Origin: an uncultured Paludibaculum sp. | Lineage (GTDB): Bacteria; Acidobacteriota; Terriglobia; Bryobacterales; Bryobacteraceae | Length of the DNA: 64,000 bases | Direction of reading: 5' to 3' | Assembly: GCF_963665245.2 (NCBI RefSeq) | Contig: NZ_CAXXEY010000003.1 | Coordinates: forward strand, 1,083,895 to 1,147,894 | In this document: in pieces, positions 40,006 to 49,252 of the stretch | How positions within the stretch are numbered: position 1 is the stretch's first letter | Layout: each line of letters starts with the position of its first letter | Translations under genes and position numbers: made by a program | Notes under the pieces: model-generated | What the model was told of the DNA's origin: nothing | Databases searched by the model: none | The model's input: only the letters and a program-made list of their open reading frames with translations

Positions 40006-43005
40006 TCAGTATAAACCGGCGTTCCCTGAGTCCTCAAATCGCGCATAGGCGATCATTCCGGGAATGGTAACTTCGATCTCCGTGCCGCGGCGCAGTTCAC
40101 TCCAGATTTCGAACTGCCCACCAATGCTCGTCGCCCGTTCACGCATGCCCGGAAGCCCGTAGTGGCCTTTGCGGCGTCCGGAGGTCAGCACCTGCGGATC
40201 AATGCCGCTGCCGTCGTCGCGCACGCGCAGCCGCAAAGCCCCATCGTCATACCGGATGTCGAGTTCAATTTGCTTGGCTTGAGCGTGGCGAAACGCATTG
40301 CGCACCGCCTCGCGCGCAATCCGGTAGAGATCGTCACGAACGACAGGATGCAGTCGCCGCGGCGTACCCTCCACCAGGACGCGATAGCTGGTGTCGACGC
40401 CGGCCGGCTGGGTGCCCCGCATCTCGTCCCGGAACTCGCGGTCGACCGTAGCCAGGGACTCGCCGAGATCATCGCACTCCTCCTCGCCGCGCAGCGCCTG
40501 CACCGCGTCCCGTCCTTCCGTGATCGCCGCTGCCGCTTGATCGATAGCCGATCCCAAGGCCACGCCGGCCGCGTCCGGCTCCTCCGGCAGCATGTCCCGC
40601 ACAGCCTGGAAACGCAGGATCAGCCCGTGAAAGCTCTGTAGCAGCGTGTCGTGCAGCTCGCGCGCAATTCGCGTTCGCTCATCCAGCCGCTCCTGGAATC
40701 GCAGGTTCCACTGCTGTTGGACGGCTCGCAATCTCAACTGGTACGCGGCGAACCCGATGGCGCAGATCGAGAGGGCCGCGGAAGTGCGGAACCACAGCGT
40801 CTGCCACAGCGTCGGTTCGACATACAATGCGATTCCAGCGGGCGCTTCATTCCAAAGCCCATCGATGTTGCTCGCCCGCACTTCGAAACGATAGGAGCCC
40901 GGAGCCAAATTCGTATACGTCGCCTCACGCCCCGCTGTCGGTTCACTCCAGTCGCGATCGAAGCCCGCCAGCCGATAGCGGAACCGCACGCGATCCGGCG
41001 CTGCCAGATTCAGCCCGGCAAAACGGATCACCGTTCGTTGGCTGCCCGCCGGGATGGAGACCCTCTCGCCAATCTGCAACTGGCGGTCGTCCGCTGAGAC
41101 CTGTTGAAACTGAACATGCGTGGGCGGTGAGGGCTGCCTCAGCGCAGAGGGGTCGGCCATCACCAGCGTGTTGCCTAGCGACATCCAGATGCGGCCCCCT
41201 GCGTCCGTCGTGATGGAGCGGCTCGTTCGGCTCGGCGAGATAGCCGGCAGCCCATCATGGACACCGAACTGCCGGACAAATACGGAACCCGCGCCGTCAT
41301 TCAACAGTGCGCCGCGCTCCACGCGCAGCACATGATTCGATGTGAGGATCCACAGAAAGTCATCCCGGTCCACCGCAATCCCGAAGATTGGTTCGTGGAG
41401 CAACGGCTGGTTGGCAGCCGCTAGATAAGCCTTCCCCTTTTCGATTCGCCCAAGGCCCTGATCCGCCCCCACCCACAGGACACCGGATCCATCGGCCAGG
41501 ATGCAATTGATCCGGCCGGGCGGCACTCCGTCGCGGGCAGTGAAACTCCTCCACTCCCCGTTCGCCAGCGATGCGATGCCACTAGCGGTGGCGAACCACA
41601 TGACACCGTCCTGAGTCTGCTCAATCGCGGTCACGGTATTCAGATGAAGGCCCGCCGCGTTCGAGTGCAGCACCGTGTGCCCGTTCGCAATCTCCGCGAC
41701 CCCTGCGTTCTGCAGCCCCGCCCACAGAGCTCCTGCACCGCGCTGGAAGAGGGCGATGATCGGATGGTCGAGCCGTCCATCCTTCCTCGCCTGCGCATTG
41801 GCCGCGGCCACCTTGACATCCAGCAGCCCACCGTCCTTCTGCCCCAACCAGAGATTCTGTCCGCTGCCGGCCAGTGACGTGTAGTCGCCTGTGGCGAGGA
41901 CGCGCTCGCTCCGGCCCCCGGCAATCCGCACAAGCCCGAGATTCGGCCGAGCGCACCACACCGCCCCACGCTCGTCTGCGAAAAGCGCTCCGCCGCTCCC
42001 GCCTGAGGCGGCATCGAGAGGATAAGTGGTCAGAATCCGTTGCCGCAGCCGCACAACTCCGTTGGAGGTACCCGCCCAGACATCGCCTTCCCGGTCTTCG
42101 TACAGAGACGTCACTGGGTCAGGAGAAGAAGCCGCCACACAGCGCGTGGCGTTCTCGGAGCCCATCCGGCAAAGGCCTAGCGTCGACCCCACCCAGAGAT
42201 CACCCTGCCGGTCTTCCAGCATCGTCTGGATGTGCGTAGGGCCGAACAGTTGCCCCGGCGCGCTTGCCCCGTCCCATTGCAGTAACCCCTGGTTGGTCCC
42301 CACCCGGAAACCATGCGCCCCGAACGGAAGCAGGGCGTTGATCTTGACGTGACGCAGATCCTCCAACTGCGCAGGGAGCCGGCGATCTGGGTAGGCAAAC
42401 AGGCCCTGCAAGGCGGTGCCCATCCAGAACGTGCCATCGCGAGCCCGGACAGCCGCTGTGATGTCGGGGCGCGTGCCCTGCAGCGAAGTGAAGCTCCTGC
42501 CGTCGTAAGCGACCAGTCCTCGCCGCACCGTCGCGATCAGGATCGTTCCATTGTGCTCCTGATAGATCGCGGATAGCGGATCCTCCGGTTGACCGGGCAA
42601 ACGCGGCAGTTCCTCCAGTTCTTCACTACGGAGGCGCAGCCGCTGGAGCCCCTGGGTGCTGATCAGCAGATTCCCTTGTGAATCGCCCGCCAGAGCAAAG
42701 ACGGAGTCAATCGGTGTGCGGTTGGGGCCGGTCTGCCGGAACACTCGAAACACCGATCCGTCGAATCGGACCAGGCCGCGGTCGGTGCCAATCCAGAGAT
42801 ATCCGTCGTGGGTTTGCGTGATGCCGTAAATGCGGCCGCCGGGGTACCCGCGCGACACGTCCCACTCATCGCGGATATATTGCGGCAACTCGTTTTGGCT
42901 TGAGTTGCCTCTGGCGGCGGGCAGTCCGAAACATAGAATCGAGAGACCGGCAAGCACGCCGTATCGCCGCGAGCCGGTCTCAGGGCGTATATTCGAACCG
43001 GTCAA
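40006..43005 (-). CDS. Sensor histidine kinase: beta-propeller repeats + Y_Y_Y + TM + HisKA_3/HATPase
   Basis: QTHDGYLWIGT-type repeats, YTNLAPGSYRFEV, ERTRIARELHDTLLQ, DDGSG, GHYGLPGMRER; TTG start 43005 after GGAGG. Confidence 0.93.
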   Translation of the reverse strand: MTGSNIRPETGSRRYGVLAGLSILCFGLPAARGNSSQNELPQYIRDEWDVSRGYPGGRIYGITQTHDGYLWIGTDRGLVRFDGSVFRVFRQTGPNRTPIDSVFALAGDSQGNLLISTQGLQRLRLRSEELEELPRLPGQPEDPLSAIYQEHNGTILIATVRRGLVAYDGRSFTSLQGTRPDITAAVRARDGTFWMGTALQGLFAYPDRRLPAQLEDLRHVKINALLPFGAHGFRVGTNQGLLQWDGASAPGQLFGPTHIQTMLEDRQGDLWVGSTLGLCRMGSENATRCVAASSPDPVTSLYEDREGDVWAGTSNGVVRLRQRILTTYPLDAASGGSGGALFADERGAVWCARPNLGLVRIAGGRSERVLATGDYTSLAGSGQNLWLGQKDGGLLDVKVAAANAQARKDGRLDHPIIALFQRGAGALWAGLQNAGVAEIANGHTVLHSNAAGLHLNTVTAIEQTQDGVMWFATASGIASLANGEWRSFTARDGVPPGRINCILADGSGVLWVGADQGLGRIEKGKAYLAAANQPLLHEPIFGIAVDRDDFLWILTSNHVLRVERGALLNDGAGSVFVRQFGVHDGLPAISPSRTSRSITTDAGGRIWMSLGNTLVMADPSALRQPSPPTHVQFQQVSADDRQLQIGERVSIPAGSQRTVIRFAGLNLAAPDRVRFRYRLAGFDRDWSEPTAGREATYTNLAPGSYRFEVRASNIDGLWNEAPAGIALYVEPTLWQTLWFRTSAALSICAIGFAAYQLRLRAVQQQWNLRFQERLDERTRIARELHDTLLQSFHGLILRFQAVRDMLPEEPDAAGVALGSAIDQAAAAITEGRDAVQALRGEEECDDLGESLATVDREFRDEMRGTQPAGVDTSYRVLVEGTPRRLHPVVRDDLYRIAREAVRNAFRHAQAKQIELDIRYDDGALRLRVRDDGSGIDPQVLTSGRRKGHYGLPGMRERATSIGGQFEIWSELRRGTEIEVTIPGMIAYARFEDSGNAGLY

Positions 43006-44044
43006 CGACAACCTCCCCTTCCGCCGGATGCTGGGATGCGCTGTTCGGCAAATATAGCGCGATGCGAGCCGACTCCACGCCCGGAGTGGGAATCCCGAGC
43101 GTGAACTTGTGTTGGGCCACGACACGCTTGCGGTTGCCTGCGCTCGAGGTGGCGAATTCGATCTGGCCCGCTTCCCAGCGGAACGAGTGCGCGAAGTCGC
43201 CAGGCTGCAGATGGAACTCGTATAAATTGCTCGCGACCTGGTAGGGCTGTACGACAAATCGCGCACTCTGAATCGGCGCCGAGGAACGTCGGCGGATCAC
43301 CACGTCCATCTCGCGACTATTCTGATCGGCGCCCGAGTAATCCCACGTGAACATCTCCAGCGTGAGGTCGGGCGCCAGTTTGGAAAGGTCACGCACGGAA
43401 AATGAGTAGGTCCCATACCCCAGGCTTCGCGTCAGCGCGACCTCGGCGCATTCAAATCGCTCGCCTCGCTTGTTGATCCGAAGGTGGAGTGCCCCTCTGG
43501 CATCGGTCCAGGCGTTGGCCGCTGAATACGGATTGTTTCGCCCGCCGCGATTGCTGGCCGCGGTTCGAACCCGCCATTCATAGCCGCTGAACTGCAACAT
43601 GGGCGATGGCGAAGCGGAAGCACCCTTGGCGACGCCCACCGCAGCCACAAGCCCGCCAACGGCGGGCAGGGTCTGGATGCTCCGCTCCGGGCGATACCCC
43701 GGATCGACCAGCAGCGCGGCATAGTCGCTGCCCAGATGCGTGGCATTGCGCCACTTGGCGTTGGGCTGGATCCTGGTGAATGGGGCTTCCAGCAGGGGTT
43801 GCAGCCACCACGCTCCGTTCTTGGCGTATAGGACGATCTGCTGTCCCTGGTGAGCGCCCGCTACCGCACCTTCAATAATGTCGTGTTTGTCGGAACCGTT
43901 GACGTCCGCCAGTGGAATGCGCGTGAATCGAATGGTTGCCCGCGGCCCGCTCGGGGTGGTGCGGCAACCCGCCCCCAGTGTGCCCGCCGCAACGATGAGC
44001 TGTCGACGTGTGATTTCAGCCCGCCCTGCCACGATCGATGACAT
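42980..44044 (-). CDS. Exported (Tat-lipoprotein-like) protein with ConA/GH16-like C-terminal domain
   Basis: TRRQLIVAAGTLGAG-C leader; SGYEW, DARGALHLRI, SLGYGTYSF, EMDV. Confidence 0.7.
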   Translation of the reverse strand: MSSIVAGRAEITRRQLIVAAGTLGAGCRTTPSGPRATIRFTRIPLADVNGSDKHDIIEGAVAGAHQGQQIVLYAKNGAWWLQPLLEAPFTRIQPNAKWRNATHLGSDYAALLVDPGYRPERSIQTLPAVGGLVAAVGVAKGASASPSPMLQFSGYEWRVRTAASNRGGRNNPYSAANAWTDARGALHLRINKRGERFECAEVALTRSLGYGTYSFSVRDLSKLAPDLTLEMFTWDYSGADQNSREMDVVIRRRSSAPIQSARFVVQPYQVASNLYEFHLQPGDFAHSFRWEAGQIEFATSSAGNRKRVVAQHKFTLGIPTPGVESARIALYLPNSASQHPAEGEVVVDRFEYTP

Positions 44045-44088
44045 CCCGTGGATCAATTATTGCAGGATTCAACCTGCCACCAAGGCTC

Positions 44089-44179
44089 GCGCAATAACAA
44101 CTTCCCATCCGGAGCCCGGTGGGGCGGGGTTCAGTCTTGCCTCTTCGGAGCACCCGAAACCGCGCACCGATTATTGCGC
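44089..44179. repeat. REP-like element bracketed by 9-bp inverted repeats
   Basis: GCGCAATAA ... TTATTGCGC enclosing GGTGGGGCGGGGTTCAGTCTTGCC. Confidence 0.3.
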
Positions 44180-44519
44180 CACCCCAAAGAGAGTCTCCTC
44201 CTCGGTAAGCCTCTCGCCACCAGCCTCAGGCAGCCTCTGAAACCAACGCCCCTTCACCCCATAACTTTCCCGTTTCGACACGTGAGATTTCCTTCGGTGG
44301 GTCGAGAATTATCTTCTGCCGGCAATCTCACTCCCCAGGTCCCATCCGCCGCTTCGGACTCCGCACCCGGATCGGCTCGCACGGGTCGCTCCAGCCTGAC
44401 GCCCGTCGGCTATGGAGGCACGGCCATCGGCCCATGCTGCACCACGCACCTTTGGCGTGTGATCCACCCCGGCCCGGCGTCGTTTCGCAGACGCTGGGGT
44501 GATCCCCAGCAGGCCTCGG

Positions 44520-45278
44520 TCAGCCCCAGGTTGCGTCCAGGCTCAGGTACGCCAAGGCGTAGCGGCGCCCAAACTCGCGCAAGCCCGGAGTATTGAAGTG
44601 GACGGAGTCCCCTTTGTCCTTCAGACCCGCCGACGAGACGAAGGCCACCTTCCGGGCTCGCAAGGGCAATTGCGCCAGTTGCTCGTTCACCAGACCGGAG
44701 AATGGGCTCGCATCCGGCGTGGTCCGGAGAAACTCGCCTAACTGACCAACCACGACGGGCAATTCCGGAGCACCCAGTTCTCCGCGCAGCGCGTTCATCA
44801 TTGGCACCCATCGGGCCGTGTACGAGCGAGCCAGTTCCTCCTTGCTGCTGTCCGCCTCGCCCTGGTGCCACAGGATGCCGCAAAACACCCCGGCCGGAGC
44901 CGCCGCTTTCGCCCGGCGCACTGCTTGGGTGAACAACGTCCCGCCCGGCTTCCACTCGTCCAGGCTCGAGCCGCCCATGGCCGCCGGCACCAGCCCGATC
45001 CTCTGTTGCGGCCCGAAGTTGAGCAGAGTCCGGGCGAAGGAGCGCCCCAGGCCGACCGCCGCAATCGGCTTGTCGTAGTGAATCGGATCCACCGCCGGCT
45101 TCCACTCCATCTCCTTGCTCAAGGCAAGGACGCCCGGGACCGGCACTTGATCTTCCGCCTCCACCACACCACGGCCCGCCATGTTCGACTGGCCGGCCAG
45201 CAGGAACAGTTTCAGATTCGTGGTTTGTGCCTGGAGGGCCAGGCTCGCCGATCCGGCCAGAAATACTCTTCTCTGCAT
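44520..45278 (-). CDS. Sialate O-acetylesterase (SASA/CE6, SGNH-type), Tat-type leader
   Basis: AGQSNM, HQGE, DSVH. Confidence 0.9.
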   Translation of the reverse strand: MQRRVFLAGSASLALQAQTTNLKLFLLAGQSNMAGRGVVEAEDQVPVPGVLALSKEMEWKPAVDPIHYDKPIAAVGLGRSFARTLLNFGPQQRIGLVPAAMGGSSLDEWKPGGTLFTQAVRRAKAAAPAGVFCGILWHQGEADSSKEELARSYTARWVPMMNALRGELGAPELPVVVGQLGEFLRTTPDASPFSGLVNEQLAQLPLRARKVAFVSSAGLKDKGDSVHFNTPGLREFGRRYALAYLSLDATWG

Positions 45279-45291
45279 GGCGTCCTCCCCT

Positions 45292-46233
45292 TCAATTCGC
45301 GCAGCGCATCGGCTCGAAAACTTCGGTCGTGAAATAGCGCTCCATGCGGTCCGGCAGCACGGTCACCACCTGGGCCGTCGGGCCAAGCCGCCGGGCCATC
45401 TCCGCCGCCGCGGCGTAGTTCAAGCCCGAACTCGCCCCTACCGGGAATCCATGTCTCATCAGGTTGCGTGTCGTGGCCAGAGCGTCCTTGTCCCGGACCT
45501 CAATCACCTGCAGCCCCGGCAGTTCTTCGGGCCGGAAGATCTGCGAAACACAGTCCAGCACGCCCGGGATCCGCGAACTAAAGCTGCAGCACTCCACCTC
45601 CGGCGTGCTGCCCAGATCGACCGGCCGCGCATGCACGGGAATCGGTTCACAACCACTTTCGCGAATGCCTTGGTACAGCCCAAGCAGCGTCCCACCCGTA
45701 CCCACGCCGCTCACCACGGCATCCACTTGCCCACCCGGAATCTGGTCCAGCACTTCGCGCGCCGTGGCTTGCGCGTGTGCTGTGGCGTTCTCGGGATTCG
45801 AAAACTGGCAGGGCAGAAAGCCGTGGCATTCCGCCGCCAGCCTCTCGGTCTCCGCGATCGACCCGCGAATGCCCAACTCCTTCGGGGTGAGCCGGATCTC
45901 GCCACCCAACGCCCGGATCATCAGCACTCGCTCGTTGCTCACGCCCTCCGGCATCACCGCAATGAACCGCATGCCGAACTGGGCGGAAACCAGCGCCATC
46001 GCGATGCTCGTCGATCCGCTGGATGCCTCCAGCACGACACTGCCGGGACGGATGTGCCCCTCGCGCCAGGCCTTCGTCAGGATGTGGCGGGCAATCCGGT
46101 CTTTCGTCGAGCCGCTGGGATTCAGGAACTCCAGCTTGCACCAGACAACGGGGCCCTCGTCTTCTAGGCGGATCGGCGCCAAAGGAGTTGGCCCCAACAG
46201 GTGGAGATACGCATTCAGTTGTGGCAGCTTCAT
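45292..46233 (-). CDS. PLP-dependent cysteine synthase-family protein
   Basis: KLEFLNPSGSTKDR, EASSGST, GVGTGGT, GASSG. Confidence 0.88.
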   Translation of the reverse strand: MKLPQLNAYLHLLGPTPLAPIRLEDEGPVVWCKLEFLNPSGSTKDRIARHILTKAWREGHIRPGSVVLEASSGSTSIAMALVSAQFGMRFIAVMPEGVSNERVLMIRALGGEIRLTPKELGIRGSIAETERLAAECHGFLPCQFSNPENATAHAQATAREVLDQIPGGQVDAVVSGVGTGGTLLGLYQGIRESGCEPIPVHARPVDLGSTPEVECCSFSSRIPGVLDCVSQIFRPEELPGLQVIEVRDKDALATTRNLMRHGFPVGASSGLNYAAAAEMARRLGPTAQVVTVLPDRMERYFTTEVFEPMRCAN

Positions 46234-46278
46234 CTATTTCAGGCTACACACAAGCGGGCAATTGTGTATGAATGTCTT

Positions 46279-48234
46279 ATGTTCTCTCCCACCCGTCGTG
46301 CGATCCTGGCGGCGCCCGCCGCTACCCTGTTGTCCACCGCCCAGGATGTAAGGCAGCCGGTAGAGTCCCGCCGGCTGCTGGCTTCGCAGCACGATGCCAC
46401 TGGTTTCTCGACTGCGCTGCTGCCTCGGGAACAGTGGCGCCCCTATCCGCGGGCAGCGGACCGCGCCGCCTGGCAGTCGATACCGGCCGACCTGCGCTCT
46501 GCGTTCATCGAGGCAGCCGGCCGGCAGAAAGGCAAACCTTGGGACTCTCTGCCTGCCAGCGTCTTCCTCGACTTTCAGCGGAACGGCAACCGCTCTCGCT
46601 TCGAGAACCTCACGTTCGGGCGCCGCATTCGCCTCCGGCAGGCCGTGCTGGCCGAGTGCATGGAAGGCCAGGGTCGCTTCCTGGACGACATCCTCGATGG
46701 CCTCTGGCTGGTCTGCGAAGAGAGCTTCTGGGGTGTGCCGGCGCACATGGGTGCACAGAAAGCGGGCGTCGGCCTGCCCGACATCAGCGAGCCTATCGTA
46801 GACCTGTTCGCCGCCGAAACCGCCAACACCATTGCCTGGATCGACTACCTGCTCGGACCCGAACTGGAGCAGTTGTCTCCTCTCATTCGGCCAAGGTTGT
46901 CGACTGAGGTGCACCGGCGCATGCTCGACCCCTGCTCGTCCCGTAACAACTTCGGCTGGATGGGCCTCGACCCCGATCACCAGAGTCCACTCAATAACTG
47001 GACGCCCTGGATCGACTCCAACTGGTTGACCGCCAATCTCCTGATGGAGACCGACGCGTCCAAACGCGCCGCCACCGCCTACCGCATCCTGCAATCGGTC
47101 GACCGGTTCCTGGACTACTACCACCCCGATGGCGGCTGCGATGAAGGGCCAAGTTACTGGGGCCGGGCCGGCGCCTCGCTGTTCGACTGCCTGGAACTCC
47201 TCCACTCGGCTTCGAACGGACGTCTCGACTACTTCGGCGCCCCGCTCGTGCAGGCCATCGGCGCCTACATCTACAAGGCGCACATCGCCGGAGACTGGTA
47301 TGTGAACTTCGCCGACGCGTCAGCCCGCGTAGTCCCCAACGGCAACTTGGTCTGGCGCTATGGCCAACGGATCAAGGACCCGCGGATGGCTTCGCACGGA
47401 GCCTGGATCGCCGCGTCTCACCCGAAGCCTAACCTCGAGCCGGACGCGCTGGGTCGCACCATCGACCAACTATTTCACGCCAAGGACCTGCGGGCCGCCG
47501 CCGCCGGCGCCAAGCCGGCCCTGCTCCGGGACGTCTTCCTGCCCGGTGTCCAGGTCTTCGCCGCACGTGGAAGTCAGGGCTCCACGGATGGGTTCTACCT
47601 CGCCGCCCAGGGCGGGCACAATGCGGAAAGCCACAACCACAACGACGTGGGCAACTTCATCGTCTTCCACAACGGCGAACCGGTACTGGTTGACGTGGGT
47701 GTCGAAACCTACACAGCCAAGACCTTCTCCAGCCGCCGCTATGAGATCTGGACCATGCAATCGGCCTGGCACAACTGCCCCACCATCAATGGCGTGATGC
47801 AGCAGGCGGGCCGGCGGTTCGAGGCCCGGTCCGTGGCCAGTTCAACCGACGACAAGGCTGCTGTCTTCGGCCTGGAGATGCAGCACGCTTATCCGCCGGA
47901 AGCGGGTGTCCAGTCGTGGCGGCGCCAGATGCGCCTCGATCGCGCCGCCAACTCGATCGCTATCGAGGATCAATTCCGGTTGAGCAGGAATCAGTCCCTG
48001 GAGCTCAGTCTCATCTCCATCCGGCTTCCCAGGGAGGTTGCGCCGGGCGAGGTCCACCTGGAAGGCGGCTTCATACTGAAGTACGATCCTGCGCTGCGCG
48101 CTGTGATCGATCAGCACTCCGCCGCCGATGCCAGGCTACGGCCCATCTGGGGATCAACCGTGCATCGTATCCGGCTCACAACGAACACGCCTCCGTTGGA
48201 AGGTCGATACACTGTGACAATCACCCTCACATGA
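46279..48234 (+). CDS. Heparinase II/III-family polysaccharide lyase, Tat-exported
   Basis: TRRAIL leader; NNWTPW, GGCDEGPSYW, HNHNDVGNF; start re-set to ATG 46279. Confidence 0.88.
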   Translation: MFSPTRRAILAAPAATLLSTAQDVRQPVESRRLLASQHDATGFSTALLPREQWRPYPRAADRAAWQSIPADLRSAFIEAAGRQKGKPWDSLPASVFLDFQRNGNRSRFENLTFGRRIRLRQAVLAECMEGQGRFLDDILDGLWLVCEESFWGVPAHMGAQKAGVGLPDISEPIVDLFAAETANTIAWIDYLLGPELEQLSPLIRPRLSTEVHRRMLDPCSSRNNFGWMGLDPDHQSPLNNWTPWIDSNWLTANLLMETDASKRAATAYRILQSVDRFLDYYHPDGGCDEGPSYWGRAGASLFDCLELLHSASNGRLDYFGAPLVQAIGAYIYKAHIAGDWYVNFADASARVVPNGNLVWRYGQRIKDPRMASHGAWIAASHPKPNLEPDALGRTIDQLFHAKDLRAAAAGAKPALLRDVFLPGVQVFAARGSQGSTDGFYLAAQGGHNAESHNHNDVGNFIVFHNGEPVLVDVGVETYTAKTFSSRRYEIWTMQSAWHNCPTINGVMQQAGRRFEARSVASSTDDKAAVFGLEMQHAYPPEAGVQSWRRQMRLDRAANSIAIEDQFRLSRNQSLELSLISIRLPREVAPGEVHLEGGFILKYDPALRAVIDQHSAADARLRPIWGSTVHRIRLTTNTPPLEGRYTVTITLT

Positions 48235-49250
48235 TTCGAACTGAAGACCAACTCGAAGACGAGCTGAGCACGCCCTCCCACGAGGACGTCGCATCGGTAA
48301 AAGACCTCCGCGGTCCCATCCTGATTCTGGGCGCTGCCGGCAAGATGGGGCCTTCTCTCGCGCACCGCCTGAAGCGTGCGCTGGAGGCTGGCGGCAACCC
48401 CGCGAAAGTCATGGCCGTCTCGCGATTCTCGTCGGAGGGGTCGAGGGCGCAGTTTGAGTCCTGGGGGATCTCCACCATTCCGTGCGACATGCTCGTGCCT
48501 GGTGCGCTCGTGCACTTGCCGGATGCCGAGAACATCATCTACATGGCGGCCCGCAAATTCGGTTCCAGCGGTAACCCGTCTCTCACCTGGGCGATCAACG
48601 CCTTCCTCCCTGGCTTGGTGATGTGCCGCTATCAGGGTGCCCGGATCGCTGCGTTCTCCTCCGGCAACGTCTATCCGCTGGTCCCGGTCGAATCGGGCGG
48701 AGCCACCGAACAGACGCCGCCGCTGCCCCTGGGCGAGTACGCCCAGTCGGTGCTGGCCCGGGAGCGGATCTTCGAACACTCCACTTTGGAGTGGGGCACC
48801 CGCGTGGCGCTGATCCGCCTGAACTACGCTGTGGAGCTGCGCTATGGAGTCCTGGTCGACATCGGCCGCAAGGTGCTGGCCGGGACGCCGATCGATGTCA
48901 CCATGGGGCACGTCAACGTCGTCTGGCAGGGCGATGCCAATTCGGTCGCCATCCAGTTGCTGGCTCGCTGCGCCTCGCCCGCGTTTATTCTTAATGTCAC
49001 CGGGCCCGAGACCCTGCGCGTTCGGGACATCGCCCAGGAGTTTGCCCGCCATCTGGGCCGCCCAGTCGAGTTCCAGGGCGCCGAGGCGCCCACCGCGCTG
49101 CTGAACAATGCGGCTCTCTGCCATTCGATGTTTGGACGGCCGCGTGTGAGCGTGTCGCAGATGATCGAGTGGATCGCCCACTGGATCCATCAGGATGGCC
49201 GGCAGCTGAACAAACCTACACATTTCGAGAATCGGGAGGGGCGCTTCTAG
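48231..49250 (+). CDS. NAD-dependent epimerase/dehydratase
   Basis: GAAGKMG Rossmann motif, SSGNVY, GEYAQS; ATGA overlap with the lyase gene. Confidence 0.88.
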   Translation: MIRTEDQLEDELSTPSHEDVASVKDLRGPILILGAAGKMGPSLAHRLKRALEAGGNPAKVMAVSRFSSEGSRAQFESWGISTIPCDMLVPGALVHLPDAENIIYMAARKFGSSGNPSLTWAINAFLPGLVMCRYQGARIAAFSSGNVYPLVPVESGGATEQTPPLPLGEYAQSVLARERIFEHSTLEWGTRVALIRLNYAVELRYGVLVDIGRKVLAGTPIDVTMGHVNVVWQGDANSVAIQLLARCASPAFILNVTGPETLRVRDIAQEFARHLGRPVEFQGAEAPTALLNNAALCHSMFGRPRVSVSQMIEWIAHWIHQDGRQLNKPTHFENREGRF

Positions 49251-49252
49251 CC

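Noticed and set aside
22608-44300. attL/attR pair defining an integrative element
   Set aside because: Only about 10-14 bp of imperfect identity inside REP-like DNA; no integrase or tRNA
44282-44331. GTGAGATT(T)CC...GG(C)AATCTCAC inverted repeat
   Set aside because: Isolated stem with no second copy in the window and no supportable function
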